Counted from the stretch's first letter, positions 26,171 through 35,943 are shown. The stretch is DNA of 64,000 nt from Parachlamydiales bacterium (GCA_041671045.1 JBAZCF010000004.1:129540-193539), one strand, 5' to 3'. The notes: a model not told the origin generated them from the sequence alone. Numbers and translations are program-made.

Positions 26171-27526
26171 ATGGCTAGTGTAATAACTTCGTGTTTAAAG
26201 ATCTTTAGTAATTCAAATGAACAGACGTTGCCGGAAACAGGCAAAGGCCCTTCTCCTACTGTTCTATGCAAGTCGCTCATTATTTATAAGGGGGATGCTA
26301 GCAAAAATGTTCTTAGAAAAGCTAGATCTCTTGCAGAAACCGGAGTCATTGTTACGCTTCAAAGTGAAATTGAACTAGGAAAATCTAAAAGATCGCAATT
26401 TTTCTTAGCACGTCTTTTTTACAGCTGCATGGATTATTTAGGGTATTCTAACGAAGCGCAAAAAGAGGTAATCCTCAAAAAAGCTATTTTATCTCTAGCA
26501 TATGGAATATTGTGTTCTGAAAAGACTGTGGGCGATGAATTATTTATAAATGCTGAAGGTTATTTTAAAGATATCAAAACAGAATATTTATCAGCTGCAA
26601 TCGAAAACCAGAAGTTCCCTACCTCTAAAATAAGGACTATTTTCATTGAAAGAGGTGCCATCGATCTAAAAGTTATTTTTGTGGGGACGACTGATTTTGA
26701 AATTGGGCAGCTTTTGAATGATTTTGCAAAGAATCCGGACCAACTGACGAATATACGTTTTGGGTTGGAATTTCAACAGAGAATTGAGGGTAAAGATTGC
26801 AAAGTGGAAGGTAATGAGTTAAATCTCCTGCAATATCTTTTAGTAAAAAATTCCACTTTAGCAAAACAATTATTAAGATTAATTGAAAAGTTCCCTAAAG
26901 TTGAAAAGAAATTTCTTTATCACGAATGCACTGTGTGGACAGACGGAACTAAGAAAAAATGCTCTGATACACTGTCATTTGTCGTGAATGCATCTCTCAA
27001 TGAGCCTTTAATCTTTATATTAAATTTATTTGCTAAGAATTCGGATCAATTAGCGGAGATGCGATTTGATGTGAAATTTAAGCATAAAATTGAAGGCGAT
27101 AATTGCGATGTGGAGGGTAGACAGCTCAACCTTTTGCAATATCTAGTTGCAAAAAACTCCACTGCAGCAAGGCATCTATTATATTTGATTAGAAACTTCC
27201 CTGAAATTGAGAAAAAATTTCTTTCTCATGAATGTTCTATTTCGATCAAGGGAGCTGTGAAGAAATGCCCTGATACGATGTCTTTTGCCATGAGTATCTC
27301 TCAGCATAAGGTTAGCTCTTTTAAGCTGCAAATGACTAATAAAATTGTAAAACTATCAATGATTGAAAAAACAGACGGCACACTAGTCCAAATAGGTCAA
27401 CTTCATAATAAGTATTTAGGATGGCCTGAAGGCAAATTTCATCCCCAAGAACGATTATATTCCAACCAAGCCATCACTCAGACGGTAGGGGATCGAAATA
27501 AGCTGCTTGAGGTAATTCTAAAATAG
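26171..27526 (+). CDS. Hypothetical protein with an internal tandem ~100-aa duplication
   Basis: 451-aa ORF with no signal peptide or TM. Residues ~181-283 and ~284-378 are repeats (see the repeat feature). AT-rich. Family not recognised. Confidence 0.65.
   Translation: MASVITSCLKIFSNSNEQTLPETGKGPSPTVLCKSLIIYKGDASKNVLRKARSLAETGVIVTLQSEIELGKSKRSQFFLARLFYSCMDYLGYSNEAQKEVILKKAILSLAYGILCSEKTVGDELFINAEGYFKDIKTEYLSAAIENQKFPTSKIRTIFIERGAIDLKVIFVGTTDFEIGQLLNDFAKNPDQLTNIRFGLEFQQRIEGKDCKVEGNELNLLQYLLVKNSTLAKQLLRLIEKFPKVEKKFLYHECTVWTDGTKKKCSDTLSFVVNASLNEPLIFILNLFAKNSDQLAEMRFDVKFKHKIEGDNCDVEGRQLNLLQYLVAKNSTAARHLLYLIRNFPEIEKKFLSHECSISIKGAVKKCPDTMSFAMSISQHKVSSFKLQMTNKIVKLSMIEKTDGTLVQIGQLHNKYLGWPEGKFHPQERLYSNQAITQTVGDRNKLLEVILK
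26711..27304 (+). repeat. In-frame tandem duplication (2 x ~103 codons) inside the 26171-27526 CDS
   Basis: Unit 1: LLNDFAKNPDQLTNIRFGLEFQQRIEGKDCKVEGNELNLLQYLLVKNSTLAKQLLRLIEKFPKVEKKFLYHECTVWTDGTKKKCSDTLSF. Unit 2: ILNLFAKNSDQLAEMRFDVKFKHKIEGDNCDVEGRQLNLLQYLVAKNSTAARHLLYLIRNFPEIEKKFLSHECSISIKGAVKKCPDTMSF. Roughly half of the positions are identical by hand alignment. Confidence 0.8.
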
Positions 27527-27542
27527 GTTGATAAGTTAGGCG

Positions 27543-28652
27543 TTATTCTAATCTGCTGCGGAAAAACCACCCTGCAGCCGTTAGTGTGACAACAGCAATA
27601 ATAGCCATTGGCCAGAGATGGGCAAAGGCTATCTCAAATGGGATTCCTTTCAGGAAAATCCCTTTCACAATCACAAGAAAATGCCTGAGGGGATTAACCC
27701 AGGTGACATTTTGGAGCCAGGTCGGCATGTTCTCCACAGGGGTAGCAAAGCCTGAGAGCATGACGGCTGGCGGCATGAAAACAAAAACCCCTAACAGGGC
27801 CTGTTGCTGTGTTTTTGCGAGGGAAGAGATGAACAACCCCACCCCCACGATAGAGCAGATAAAGGTCAAGATGCTGAAATTGAGCAGCAGGAATGATCCT
27901 TCAAAAGGGATTCTAAAAAAGTATATCGCTGCAAAAGCCACAAGGGATCCTTCTACCATGCCGATAATGATGGCAGGTAAAGTTTTGCCGAAAAGTATTT
28001 CGCTGGGAGAAAGGGGTGACACAAGGAGTTGGTCAAAGGTGCCGAGCTCTCGTTCGCGTGCAACCGATAACCCTGTGACAATAAGCCCTATTAACATACT
28101 TAGGATACCAATTAAGCTGGGGACAGTGAACCACTGGTAAATCAGATTAGGATTATACCAATTGTAAGGGAATAGGGCTGTGTTTAGAACGGGGAAGTTA
28201 TTTTTCTTCTGAAATTCCTGGCTAAAGTTTTGTATGATCTCGGAAGCATAGCCTTGCACAATTTGGGCAGTATTCGATTTTCTGCCGTCCAGAATTGCCT
28301 GAACGGAGGCTGCGTTTCCTTCTTGTAGTCTGCGTGAGAAGTCCTCATCGAATTGAAAGACTATGACGGCTTTCTCTTTGTCTATGACGTCTGCAATTTC
28401 AGAGATGTTATTAAGGGTCAGGATATTGGTGAAGAAGGGGGATCCGCGAAAGCGCTCGATCAACTCAAAGGAGAGGCTGCCGTTATCTCTGTTAAGAATT
28501 CCTACAGAGACATTATTGACATCGAGGGTGATGGCAAAAGAGAAAATGAGCAGCTGCATGATGGGTGGTAAAATGAGGACAGCACGGCTTTTCTTATCGC
28601 GCCAGATGGCAAGGATCTCTTTGATGATCAGCGCTTTGATTCTGCCCCACAT
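27543..28652 (-). CDS. ABC-2 type transporter permease (YbhR/YhhJ-like)
   Basis: 369 aa. N-terminal TM, large periplasmic loop, then five C-terminal TM segments, as in ABC-2 permeases. Paralogous to the adjacent permease. Confidence 0.85.
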   Translation of the reverse strand: MWGRIKALIIKEILAIWRDKKSRAVLILPPIMQLLIFSFAITLDVNNVSVGILNRDNGSLSFELIERFRGSPFFTNILTLNNISEIADVIDKEKAVIVFQFDEDFSRRLQEGNAASVQAILDGRKSNTAQIVQGYASEIIQNFSQEFQKKNNFPVLNTALFPYNWYNPNLIYQWFTVPSLIGILSMLIGLIVTGLSVARERELGTFDQLLVSPLSPSEILFGKTLPAIIIGMVEGSLVAFAAIYFFRIPFEGSFLLLNFSILTFICSIVGVGLFISSLAKTQQQALLGVFVFMPPAVMLSGFATPVENMPTWLQNVTWVNPLRHFLVIVKGIFLKGIPFEIAFAHLWPMAIIAVVTLTAAGWFFRSRLE

Positions 28653-28655
28653 TGT

Positions 28656-29780
28656 CTAATCCAACCTTTTGACAGTTTTGAACGAGGTTAAGATATAGAA
28701 GAAGGCCGCGATAATCAGGATGCAGCCAATATCGTACAACAGGATAGACCACACATCGCCGACAAGAAAGAGTGTCTTCATCGCGCTGACAAAATAACGG
28801 GCTGCCAGGGTGGATGAGATCCACTGGATGATTTTTGGCATGCTGCTGATTTCAAAGATGAAGCCTGAAAGCATGAGTCCCGGGAGGAAGGCAGCTGTGA
28901 CAGCAGCTTGGGAAGCGACAAATTGGTTCTTGGATACGGTAGAGATAAAGAGGCCCATACCTAAGGCGGCAAAGAGAAATGCGCTGGAAACAACCAAGAG
29001 TGCGAAGAAGGATCCGCGGAAGGGGACTTCGTAGAAGAATATTGTGATAGCTGCGCAAAGCAGCATGGACATCATGCCCAGAAAAAAATAGGGAATAAGC
29101 TTGCCAAAAACAAGTTCTATGATACGAATGGGAGTAGCCATAAGAGCTTCCATAGTACCCCTTTCCCATTCCCTCGCTACAACAAGAGCGGTTAATAGAA
29201 TTCCGATGAGGGACATGATGATCCCTAATGAGCCGGGGAGTAGAAAATCGCGGCTTCTGACCTCTTCGTTATACCAAACGCGCGACTGGAGTTGAACCAG
29301 ACTGATCCCCCTCTGTCCATCATTGATACGCCTTTGTTCCAGCCATTTATTCCAGGCCCCTTGGACATAGTTGCGCACAAAACTTGCAGTGTTCGGTTCG
29401 CTGCCATCGGCAAGAATTTGGATAGGGGCGATTCTGTTGTTATTGTGAAGGAATTCAGAAAAATAAAAGGGTACGATGACAATACCCCGTACATGCCCTT
29501 TTGCCATTTCGGTATAGAGCTCTTTGCGATTGTGGGCGATTTTCACATTAAAGTAGGGCGAATTGGTCAGTGATTCTGCAAAGCTTTGAGCGTCAGTACG
29601 GGTATCTTCCATCACTAAGCCGATATTCAGGTGGTCGATATCTAGAGAAACGCCATACCCGTAAATGAACATTAGGATTAAGGGGAGGATGACAGCGATA
29701 AGGATGCTGCTGGGATCGCGTACGATTTGGAAGGATTCTTTGATAATGAGGGCTTTTAACCTACGTGCTGAGCCGCTCAT
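28656..29780 (-). CDS. ABC-2 type transporter permease (YbhS-like)
   Basis: 374 aa with the same architecture as the neighbouring permease. 4-nt overlap with the ATPase gene. Confidence 0.85.
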   Translation of the reverse strand: MSGSARRLKALIIKESFQIVRDPSSILIAVILPLILMFIYGYGVSLDIDHLNIGLVMEDTRTDAQSFAESLTNSPYFNVKIAHNRKELYTEMAKGHVRGIVIVPFYFSEFLHNNNRIAPIQILADGSEPNTASFVRNYVQGAWNKWLEQRRINDGQRGISLVQLQSRVWYNEEVRSRDFLLPGSLGIIMSLIGILLTALVVAREWERGTMEALMATPIRIIELVFGKLIPYFFLGMMSMLLCAAITIFFYEVPFRGSFFALLVVSSAFLFAALGMGLFISTVSKNQFVASQAAVTAAFLPGLMLSGFIFEISSMPKIIQWISSTLAARYFVSAMKTLFLVGDVWSILLYDIGCILIIAAFFYILTSFKTVKRLD

Positions 29781-31531
29781 GCTGACTTCTCCTGATCGAA
29801 CCGTTGGATAAGTTCAATAAAGGCATCTTCAAGCGTAGGGTTGGGGTTATCGGCTGTGATAGCGATTTCTTTTAGTGCGTCCGGTGTGCCCATTTGGATG
29901 ATCTTGCTTTTATATACTAGTGCGATGCGGTCGCAGTATTCAGCTTCATCCATAAAATGCGTTGTGACCATTACTGTGATTCCCTTTTCTACCAGCCCAT
30001 TGATATGGGTCCAGAATTCCCGTCGGGTGATAGGGTCGACGCCGGATGTAGGTTCGTCGAGAAAAAGGACTTGAGGCCGATGCATAACTGAGCAGGCGAG
30101 GGCGAGCCTTTGTTTATAGCCCAGTGGCAGCAGTTCTGCGGATATATTGAGGTAGGGCTCTAGACTGAAGGTCTCGATCATTTCATTGATCATGTCTGAA
30201 CGAATTTTGCCCTTTAGGTTATAGATCCCTGAGAAGAACTCGAGGTTTTGTTTTACGGAGAGGTTTCCGTAAAGGGAGAATTTCTGCGCCATATATCCCA
30301 ACTTGGCACGGGCTTCACCCGGAGCATGGGAGAGGTTTAACCCGCACACATAGGCTTCACCGGCAGTGGGTTTTAACAGGCCGCACATCATCTTGAAGGT
30401 GGTGGATTTGCCTGCTCCGTTTGGCCCGAGCAGTCCAAAGATCTCCCCTTTCTTGATGGCAAAGGTGATATCGCTGGCGGCGTAAAAGGTGCCAAAACGT
30501 TTATATAGCCCTTTAGCCTCTACAGTATATTCTGAGTTAGGTGAGACAATGGGAGTTTTTTCGGCAAGGAGCGAGACTCCGCCGGGGCTGCCGCCGAGGA
30601 TGTCGACGAAGGCATCTTCAAAGCGGGGAGTGACGGGGATGACCTCGGCTGTTTTGCCTGCATGGAAATCCGACAGCGGCGGAAGCGTGGCATCTTTTTT
30701 GAGGACGATGCGCACATTGCTGCCTTGGATGACGCCGTCGGTGACGGCATCTTGCCTAAGGGCGTTGACCAGGACTTGCCGTTTGCGTGTTTCGATTGAG
30801 CGTATTTGAAAGGTGCGTCCTTCTACTCTATCTGTCAGTTCTTTGGGGTGCCCTGCAAAGAGGAGCTTTCCTTCATTCAATAGCAGGATATCGTCGCACC
30901 GTTCAGCTTCATCCAAATAGGCGGTACTCCATACGACGGAGATCCCTTCTGAGAGGAGATTTTGTACCATTTTCCATAATTCCCTCCGCGAGATGGGATC
31001 GACGCCTACGCTAGGTTCATCTAGTAGAAGGAGTTTTGGAGGGACTATCAAAGCGCAAGCAAGGCCTAATTTCTGCTTCATGCCCCCTGATAAGGCGCCG
31101 GCTAGCCTTCCGGTGAATGGTTTTAATGCGGTAAAGGCCAGCAGCTTTTCGAAGGTGCTTTGACGGTCTTTAGTCTGGAGACCGCGTAGATCAGCATAGA
31201 GGTTGAGGTTTTGCTGTACCGTGAGATCTTCATAGAGGCCGAATTTTTGAGGCATATATCCAATATTGGAATGGATGTTCTCTGCCTGCTTCACCGAGTC
31301 AAATCCAATGACCGTTATTGTACCGGTGGTAGGAAGGAGTAATCCTGCAATTAGGCGGATGAGAGTGGATTTTCCTGCGCCGTCCGGTCCTACAAGTCCA
31401 ATGATTTTACCTGGAAAAAAGCGGGCGTTGAGATTGTCTAAAGCGGGAGGGCCTTTCTTTTCGAATCGTTTGCTGAGCTCATTTATGATAACCAGGGGAT
31501 CACTCTGCACGAGGAGGACTCTCTTTGGCAC
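29777..31531 (-). CDS. ABC transporter ATP-binding protein with two fused ATPase cassettes (YbhF-like)
   Basis: Cassette 1: GPDGAGKST, LSGGMKQKL, LLLLDEPSVGVD. Cassette 2: GPNGAGKST, LPLGYKQRL, VLFLDEPTSGVD. The ORF opens at GTG 31531 and overlaps the HlyD gene by 32 nt; an internal GTG 21 nt downstream is an alternative start. Confidence 0.9.
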   Translation of the reverse strand: MPKRVLLVQSDPLVIINELSKRFEKKGPPALDNLNARFFPGKIIGLVGPDGAGKSTLIRLIAGLLLPTTGTITVIGFDSVKQAENIHSNIGYMPQKFGLYEDLTVQQNLNLYADLRGLQTKDRQSTFEKLLAFTALKPFTGRLAGALSGGMKQKLGLACALIVPPKLLLLDEPSVGVDPISRRELWKMVQNLLSEGISVVWSTAYLDEAERCDDILLLNEGKLLFAGHPKELTDRVEGRTFQIRSIETRKRQVLVNALRQDAVTDGVIQGSNVRIVLKKDATLPPLSDFHAGKTAEVIPVTPRFEDAFVDILGGSPGGVSLLAEKTPIVSPNSEYTVEAKGLYKRFGTFYAASDITFAIKKGEIFGLLGPNGAGKSTTFKMMCGLLKPTAGEAYVCGLNLSHAPGEARAKLGYMAQKFSLYGNLSVKQNLEFFSGIYNLKGKIRSDMINEMIETFSLEPYLNISAELLPLGYKQRLALACSVMHRPQVLFLDEPTSGVDPITRREFWTHINGLVEKGITVMVTTHFMDEAEYCDRIALVYKSKIIQMGTPDALKEIAITADNPNPTLEDAFIELIQRFDQEKSA

Positions 31532-32363
31532 CTAGTTCATTTCTAAGTTTTACTGTCACGGGCATCCCTTGCCTTAGCCATTTGTCCGGTTCAGGGATGA
31601 CGACGCGGAGGCGGTAGACGAGATCTGTCCTTAGATCTGTGGACTCTACTGTTTTGGGTGTGAATTCCGCTATAGGCGAGATAAAACCTATAGTACCTTT
31701 GTAGATGGGTGTGCCGGGGGTATCGCTAAAGATTTCGGCAGGCATTCCAGGATAGATTTTAGCTAGGTTGGGTTCGTTGACGAATGCACGGATCCATACA
31801 GGGCTTTTGATGGAAAGGGTGTAGATAGGGATGGAGGGTTCGACGACGCTGCCTGGTTCACGTATACGTGTGAGTATTGTCCCTTCGGTAGGGCAGTACA
31901 TGAAGGTGTCTTTAAAATTTGTTTCTGCAACACCTAGCTCTGCTTGTGCTTGCAATAGGTCCGCTTTTTTGATGTCGCGTTGGGATTGTGTGTCGTTAAG
32001 GTCTTCCACAGAGACTGAACCGGAGCCGATAAGCTCCTGGCGTCTTTTTAAGATGCTTTCCAGGTTGTTCAACGAGGTTTGAGTGGAAACGACACTGGCC
32101 TTGGCTTGTGCGACCCTATCTTCATAGGGTTGCGGTTCCAGGAATGACATAAGCTGTCCCGGTTTGACAAGATCTCCTTCATCAAAAAACATTTTTGCTA
32201 CTCTACCTTGTACACGGAAACCAAGTTCAACCTGCCTGATGTCTACATTGCCATACAAAATAATCTCGTTAGCATCTTTCTCAGCTTCTTTGTGAATAAT
32301 GTAATAGTAAGCAGCGGCTGCGGCCAGTGCTAAAAGAAGCAGAATGATCAATACTTTTTTCAC
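31500..32363 (-). CDS. HlyD-family membrane fusion protein (YbhG-like)
   Basis: N-terminal TM anchor. YGNVDIRQVELGFRVQGRV lipoyl/barrel-sandwich start, central coiled-coil hairpin, and a C-terminal beta-barrel (MPVTVKL). 4-nt overlap with the OMF gene. Confidence 0.85.
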   Translation of the reverse strand: MKKVLIILLLLALAAAAAYYYIIHKEAEKDANEIILYGNVDIRQVELGFRVQGRVAKMFFDEGDLVKPGQLMSFLEPQPYEDRVAQAKASVVSTQTSLNNLESILKRRQELIGSGSVSVEDLNDTQSQRDIKKADLLQAQAELGVAETNFKDTFMYCPTEGTILTRIREPGSVVEPSIPIYTLSIKSPVWIRAFVNEPNLAKIYPGMPAEIFSDTPGTPIYKGTIGFISPIAEFTPKTVESTDLRTDLVYRLRVVIPEPDKWLRQGMPVTVKLRNELGAKESPPRAE

Positions 32364-33775
32364 CAGGATCCTCCCATGGCTTCTATCAGTGATAATAAGG
32401 CGGTATATCTTTCCCCTTTGGCCTGTGCAAGGGATAATTCAGCGTTTAATAATGTGCGTTCGGCATCTACAACATCTAGGTAATTGGTCAGGCCTGCATT
32501 ATAGCGGTTATTGGACAGCTTAAAGGTCTGGGCTGAATCTTCGACAGCGCGTTCTAGATGGATGATTTTATCGTTTGCCGCTCTTTCATTCACAAGAGCA
32601 TTTTCAACTTCTTTAAAGGCTTTGACGACGATTTTTTCAAAGTCGGCTACGCGTTGTAGAAATACTGAGACAGCTTCGTCCACTTGGGCTGTTGTTGCCC
32701 CTGCATCGAATATCAGCTGGGCTATTTGGACGCCATAGGACCAGAAGCGCGATTCCCAGTCAAAAAGTTGGTTGAAAATACTGCTGGAGTAGCCTATCTG
32801 ACCTGTCAATGCGATGGAGGGGAGATAGGCTGTTTCTGCTACGCCGATGTTTTGCTGCGCTGCGTAAAGGCGCCTTTCTGCCTCGGCAAGATCAGGACGT
32901 TGTTGCAGGACTGTAGATGGCAGCTCAAGCGGTACGCAAGGAGGTTCTTCATAGAGGGGAGAATCACCTACACAAAAGCAGGATGCAGCCAAACCGGTCA
33001 ATTCCGCTAGGGTATTCTCTTCTATGCCCCTTGCTTGGATCAGGTTATCTTTCTGTACTAGGACATTATCAAACTCTACTTTGGACCTCGAGACGTCCAA
33101 AAGATTGGAAAGCCCCTTGTCATAACGTTCCTGATTAAGGTCTACAGCTTTTTTACGCGATGTTAGGGTTTTTTCTATGACTTGCAATTGGTCGTCGTAG
33201 GCGCGGATGCGGTAATAACTTTTGGCCACCTGAATCGTGAGTATGAGCCATGTGTTCCGTAGTTGATGATAGGCTGCTTCGGCTGTTGCTTCTGCAGCAT
33301 TGAAATTCATACGGTATTGTCCCCAAAGGTCCAGATCATAAGAAGCAGAAAAGGGGAAATTATAAATGCGTTCTTGTATCCTACCGGGCGAATCGACGGC
33401 TGGAATACCGAAAAAGCTGGGGACGCGCGTTCCGGCATGGTACAAGGAAGGATTGAGGATGACATTTGGAAATAGGGCGGCATACTGTATGCGGGCGGAA
33501 GCTGCCGCGCGTTGGAGGTTGGCTGCAGCAGATTTTAAATCGGGATTAGCGGCTAGGGCTTGACATTCCAAAGTGTCTAAGCGCTCATCATCGAAAATTT
33601 TCCACCAGAATATGGGAAGAGGTTCATGGCAAGGTTGTTCTTCGCATGCGGAGTTGTCAGTTTTCCATTGATCGCATAGCTCAACCGAGGGGGGAGTATA
33701 GGCTTTTTCGAATGAACAGCCTGTAAGGAAAAGGATAGTTAAGAATAAAGCAAACGATAATGTGTTTTTTTGCAT
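32360..33775 (-). CDS. Outer-membrane efflux factor (TolC/NodT-family lipoprotein)
   Basis: Lipobox FLTGCS. Two OEP-type repeats with long helical segments (…YDKGLSNLLDVSRSK… / …YNAGLTNYLDVVDAERTLLNAELSL…). 471 aa. Confidence 0.85.
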   Translation of the reverse strand: MQKNTLSFALFLTILFLTGCSFEKAYTPPSVELCDQWKTDNSACEEQPCHEPLPIFWWKIFDDERLDTLECQALAANPDLKSAAANLQRAAASARIQYAALFPNVILNPSLYHAGTRVPSFFGIPAVDSPGRIQERIYNFPFSASYDLDLWGQYRMNFNAAEATAEAAYHQLRNTWLILTIQVAKSYYRIRAYDDQLQVIEKTLTSRKKAVDLNQERYDKGLSNLLDVSRSKVEFDNVLVQKDNLIQARGIEENTLAELTGLAASCFCVGDSPLYEEPPCVPLELPSTVLQQRPDLAEAERRLYAAQQNIGVAETAYLPSIALTGQIGYSSSIFNQLFDWESRFWSYGVQIAQLIFDAGATTAQVDEAVSVFLQRVADFEKIVVKAFKEVENALVNERAANDKIIHLERAVEDSAQTFKLSNNRYNAGLTNYLDVVDAERTLLNAELSLAQAKGERYTALLSLIEAMGGSW

Positions 33776-33851
33776 GAAAGTATATATTTTTAGAATTATA
33801 AGTCTGTTAACATGAAAAATTATTATCTACAAGGGTGCTCTACACAGAACA

Positions 33852-34244
33852 ATGAAAAAGATAAATAAACCTTTGGCCGGAGCTTTTGATTTGCCTTCGT
33901 CTCAATTTGATAAAAGCATCCATTTTTACCAGTCCCTTTTCGGTTGGAAGTTTGTCCCTATGGTGAAAGAGGGGATAAGCGGTTACGAAATCAGTGGGGA
34001 AGAAGGCATACTTGGCACTCTTATACCGATTAAAGACCCGGAGCAGCAAGCGACTATTTATATACGTGTAGAATCTGTGGATAAATTAAAAGAACTTGTC
34101 GAGCCATTGGGTGGATCGATTTCCCCCACATCTATGTCACTGCCGAGAGGGGGAAAGGCGTTATTGTTATTGGATGCCGATAAAAATCACATAGTAATTT
34201 GGGAAGAAAGGAATACGCAACCAACATGGCCAATTTTTCGTTAA
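33852..34244 (+). CDS. Glyoxalase/VOC-fold family protein (tentative)
   Basis: 130 aa. Pattern …SIHFYQSLFGWKF… and …GGKALLLLDADKNHIVIWEE resembles the paired beta-alpha-beta-beta-beta modules of VOC proteins. Assignment is from pattern only. Confidence 0.5.
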   Translation: MKKINKPLAGAFDLPSSQFDKSIHFYQSLFGWKFVPMVKEGISGYEISGEEGILGTLIPIKDPEQQATIYIRVESVDKLKELVEPLGGSISPTSMSLPRGGKALLLLDADKNHIVIWEERNTQPTWPIFR

Positions 34245-35035
34245 ATAATATTTTTGAGTACTATCGTAAGCCTTTTGTACGTATACCCTTGCTTATAATA
34301 TTAGGGTTGTTAGTCCTATGGGGGATTTTGCGTTCCTGCTCAGATGAAGCCATGAGAAAAGATTATTTCCGCATCGGCAGGGATGTGACGTGGTATCCAT
34401 TAGACTTAGGCGGTAAAGAACAAAACATGGTGGGCTTTACCAATGATCTTTTTGATGAGATTTCCGGAATGGAGGATCTTCACCTGGAGATTTTTGATGT
34501 GACCTCGAAAAGTTTAATATTTGGGTTGGAACGCGGAAATTGGGAAGGAGCTCTTTCATCTATGCCTGCAGATGTCGTCAACCGTCAGAAATATGAGTTT
34601 TCAAAACCCTTATATATCCTAGGATATGTTTTATTAGTTCCTATAGACTCTACAATCAAAAGCTTTGACGATATCGACGGCAAAATCATCGGTATATTAA
34701 AAGAACAAGCATTAGAATCTTCGATTGCACAGAAAGATGCTATATTTACACCCTATCCCCGTATTTCAAAAGCGATAGAGGACCTTTCAGCTAATCGGAT
34801 CGATGCTGTGATCATTGATTTCGTGTCCTCTCAACGTTATCTACAAGGTGTATATTCCAAAAAAATTAAAATAGTGACCGCTCCTTCTCAAGAAGACTCC
34901 ATTCGATTGGTAGCAAAAAAAGGGACAAGCGGAGCTTATTTGATAAAACGCTTTGATGTGGGTTTGGAAAAAATGATTAGAGATGGCTCCTACGAAAAAA
35001 TGCTCGTTAAGTGGAGCCTTGCTTCCCAACAATGA
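34226..35035 (+). CDS. Family-3 solute-binding protein (amino-acid-binding-like) with an N-terminal membrane anchor
   Basis: TM anchor IPLLIILGLLVLWGIL, then an SBP_bac_3-like pattern (GFTNDLFDEI…, SKPLYILGYVLLV…, IDAVIIDFVSSQRYL). ATG 34226 is preferred over TTG 34199. No adjacent ABC permease or ATPase. Confidence 0.7.
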   Translation: MANFSLNNIFEYYRKPFVRIPLLIILGLLVLWGILRSCSDEAMRKDYFRIGRDVTWYPLDLGGKEQNMVGFTNDLFDEISGMEDLHLEIFDVTSKSLIFGLERGNWEGALSSMPADVVNRQKYEFSKPLYILGYVLLVPIDSTIKSFDDIDGKIIGILKEQALESSIAQKDAIFTPYPRISKAIEDLSANRIDAVIIDFVSSQRYLQGVYSKKIKIVTAPSQEDSIRLVAKKGTSGAYLIKRFDVGLEKMIRDGSYEKMLVKWSLASQQ

Positions 35036-35943
35036 TATTTTCTGCTGAAGTATACCCTTGGATCATATTCCATATTTTGATCATTATTGCTATTGCAATT
35101 GATCTGTTGGTATCTCCGAAGATGGAGGGGAAAAATGGAATCAAGTTTTCCCTTTACGCTAGCTTAGCTTGGATCACGGTAGCTGTTTTATATGGTTTTT
35201 GGATATGGGAAGAGCGTGGACCTATAGATGCATCCAACTACTTTACGGGGTATTTAGTTGAAAAGGCGCTAAGTGTGGACAACTTGTTTGTTTTCTTAGT
35301 GCTTTTCCGAACCTTCAAAACGCCAGAGAAATACCGACGGAAAGTTCTATTCTGGGGGGTCATTGGTGCTGTCCTCATGCGTGCTATCTTTATCTTCGTT
35401 GGCATAGCCCTCATTAAGGAGTTTAGCTGGATATTAGATATCTTTGCAGTCTTCTTACTTGTAATGTCTTACAAGCTGTTATTTAAAGATGAACAGGGTG
35501 AAATTCCCAAGGTTGTAGATTGGCTTCAAAGTAGGCTTAGGGTGACATCGGGTTATCGCAATGGACATTGGTTAGTGAAAGAAAATGGTAAGTTGTATGC
35601 TACACCACTCCTTGTTGTGCTATTAGCGATTGAATTAACGGATGTTGTTTTTGCCATAGATTCCATTCCGGCTGTCATGGGGATTACGCAAGACCCTTAT
35701 ATTGTCTATACGTCTAATATTTTTGCTGTGCTTGGTCTGAGGGCCTTGTATTTCGCTATGAGTTCTTTACTGGAGCTATTCCATTATCTGAATCAGGGAT
35801 TGGCAATTATTCTCTTTTTCATCGCAGTTAAAATTTTCATGGAAGGGTACTATCACGTTCCTAATCTTATTTCTCTAAGTATTGTAGCTTTGGTATTAAC
35901 TTTGAGTGCTGTAGCTTCATTAGTTTTTCCTAAAAAGGAATAA
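35032..35943 (+). CDS. TerC/Alx family integral membrane protein
   Basis: Diagnostic blocks EKALSVDNLFVFLVLF and ELTDVVFAIDSIPAV, with about 8 TM segments. ATG 35032 overlaps the upstream stop (ATGA). Confidence 0.85.
   Translation: MIFSAEVYPWIIFHILIIIAIAIDLLVSPKMEGKNGIKFSLYASLAWITVAVLYGFWIWEERGPIDASNYFTGYLVEKALSVDNLFVFLVLFRTFKTPEKYRRKVLFWGVIGAVLMRAIFIFVGIALIKEFSWILDIFAVFLLVMSYKLLFKDEQGEIPKVVDWLQSRLRVTSGYRNGHWLVKENGKLYATPLLVVLLAIELTDVVFAIDSIPAVMGITQDPYIVYTSNIFAVLGLRALYFAMSSLLELFHYLNQGLAIILFFIAVKIFMEGYYHVPNLISLSIVALVLTLSAVASLVFPKKE

Noticed and set aside
35011-35040. A yybP-ykoY (Mn) riboswitch upstream of the TerC-family gene.
   Set aside because: The TerC start overlaps the preceding SBP stop (ATGA), leaving no leader in which a riboswitch could reside.
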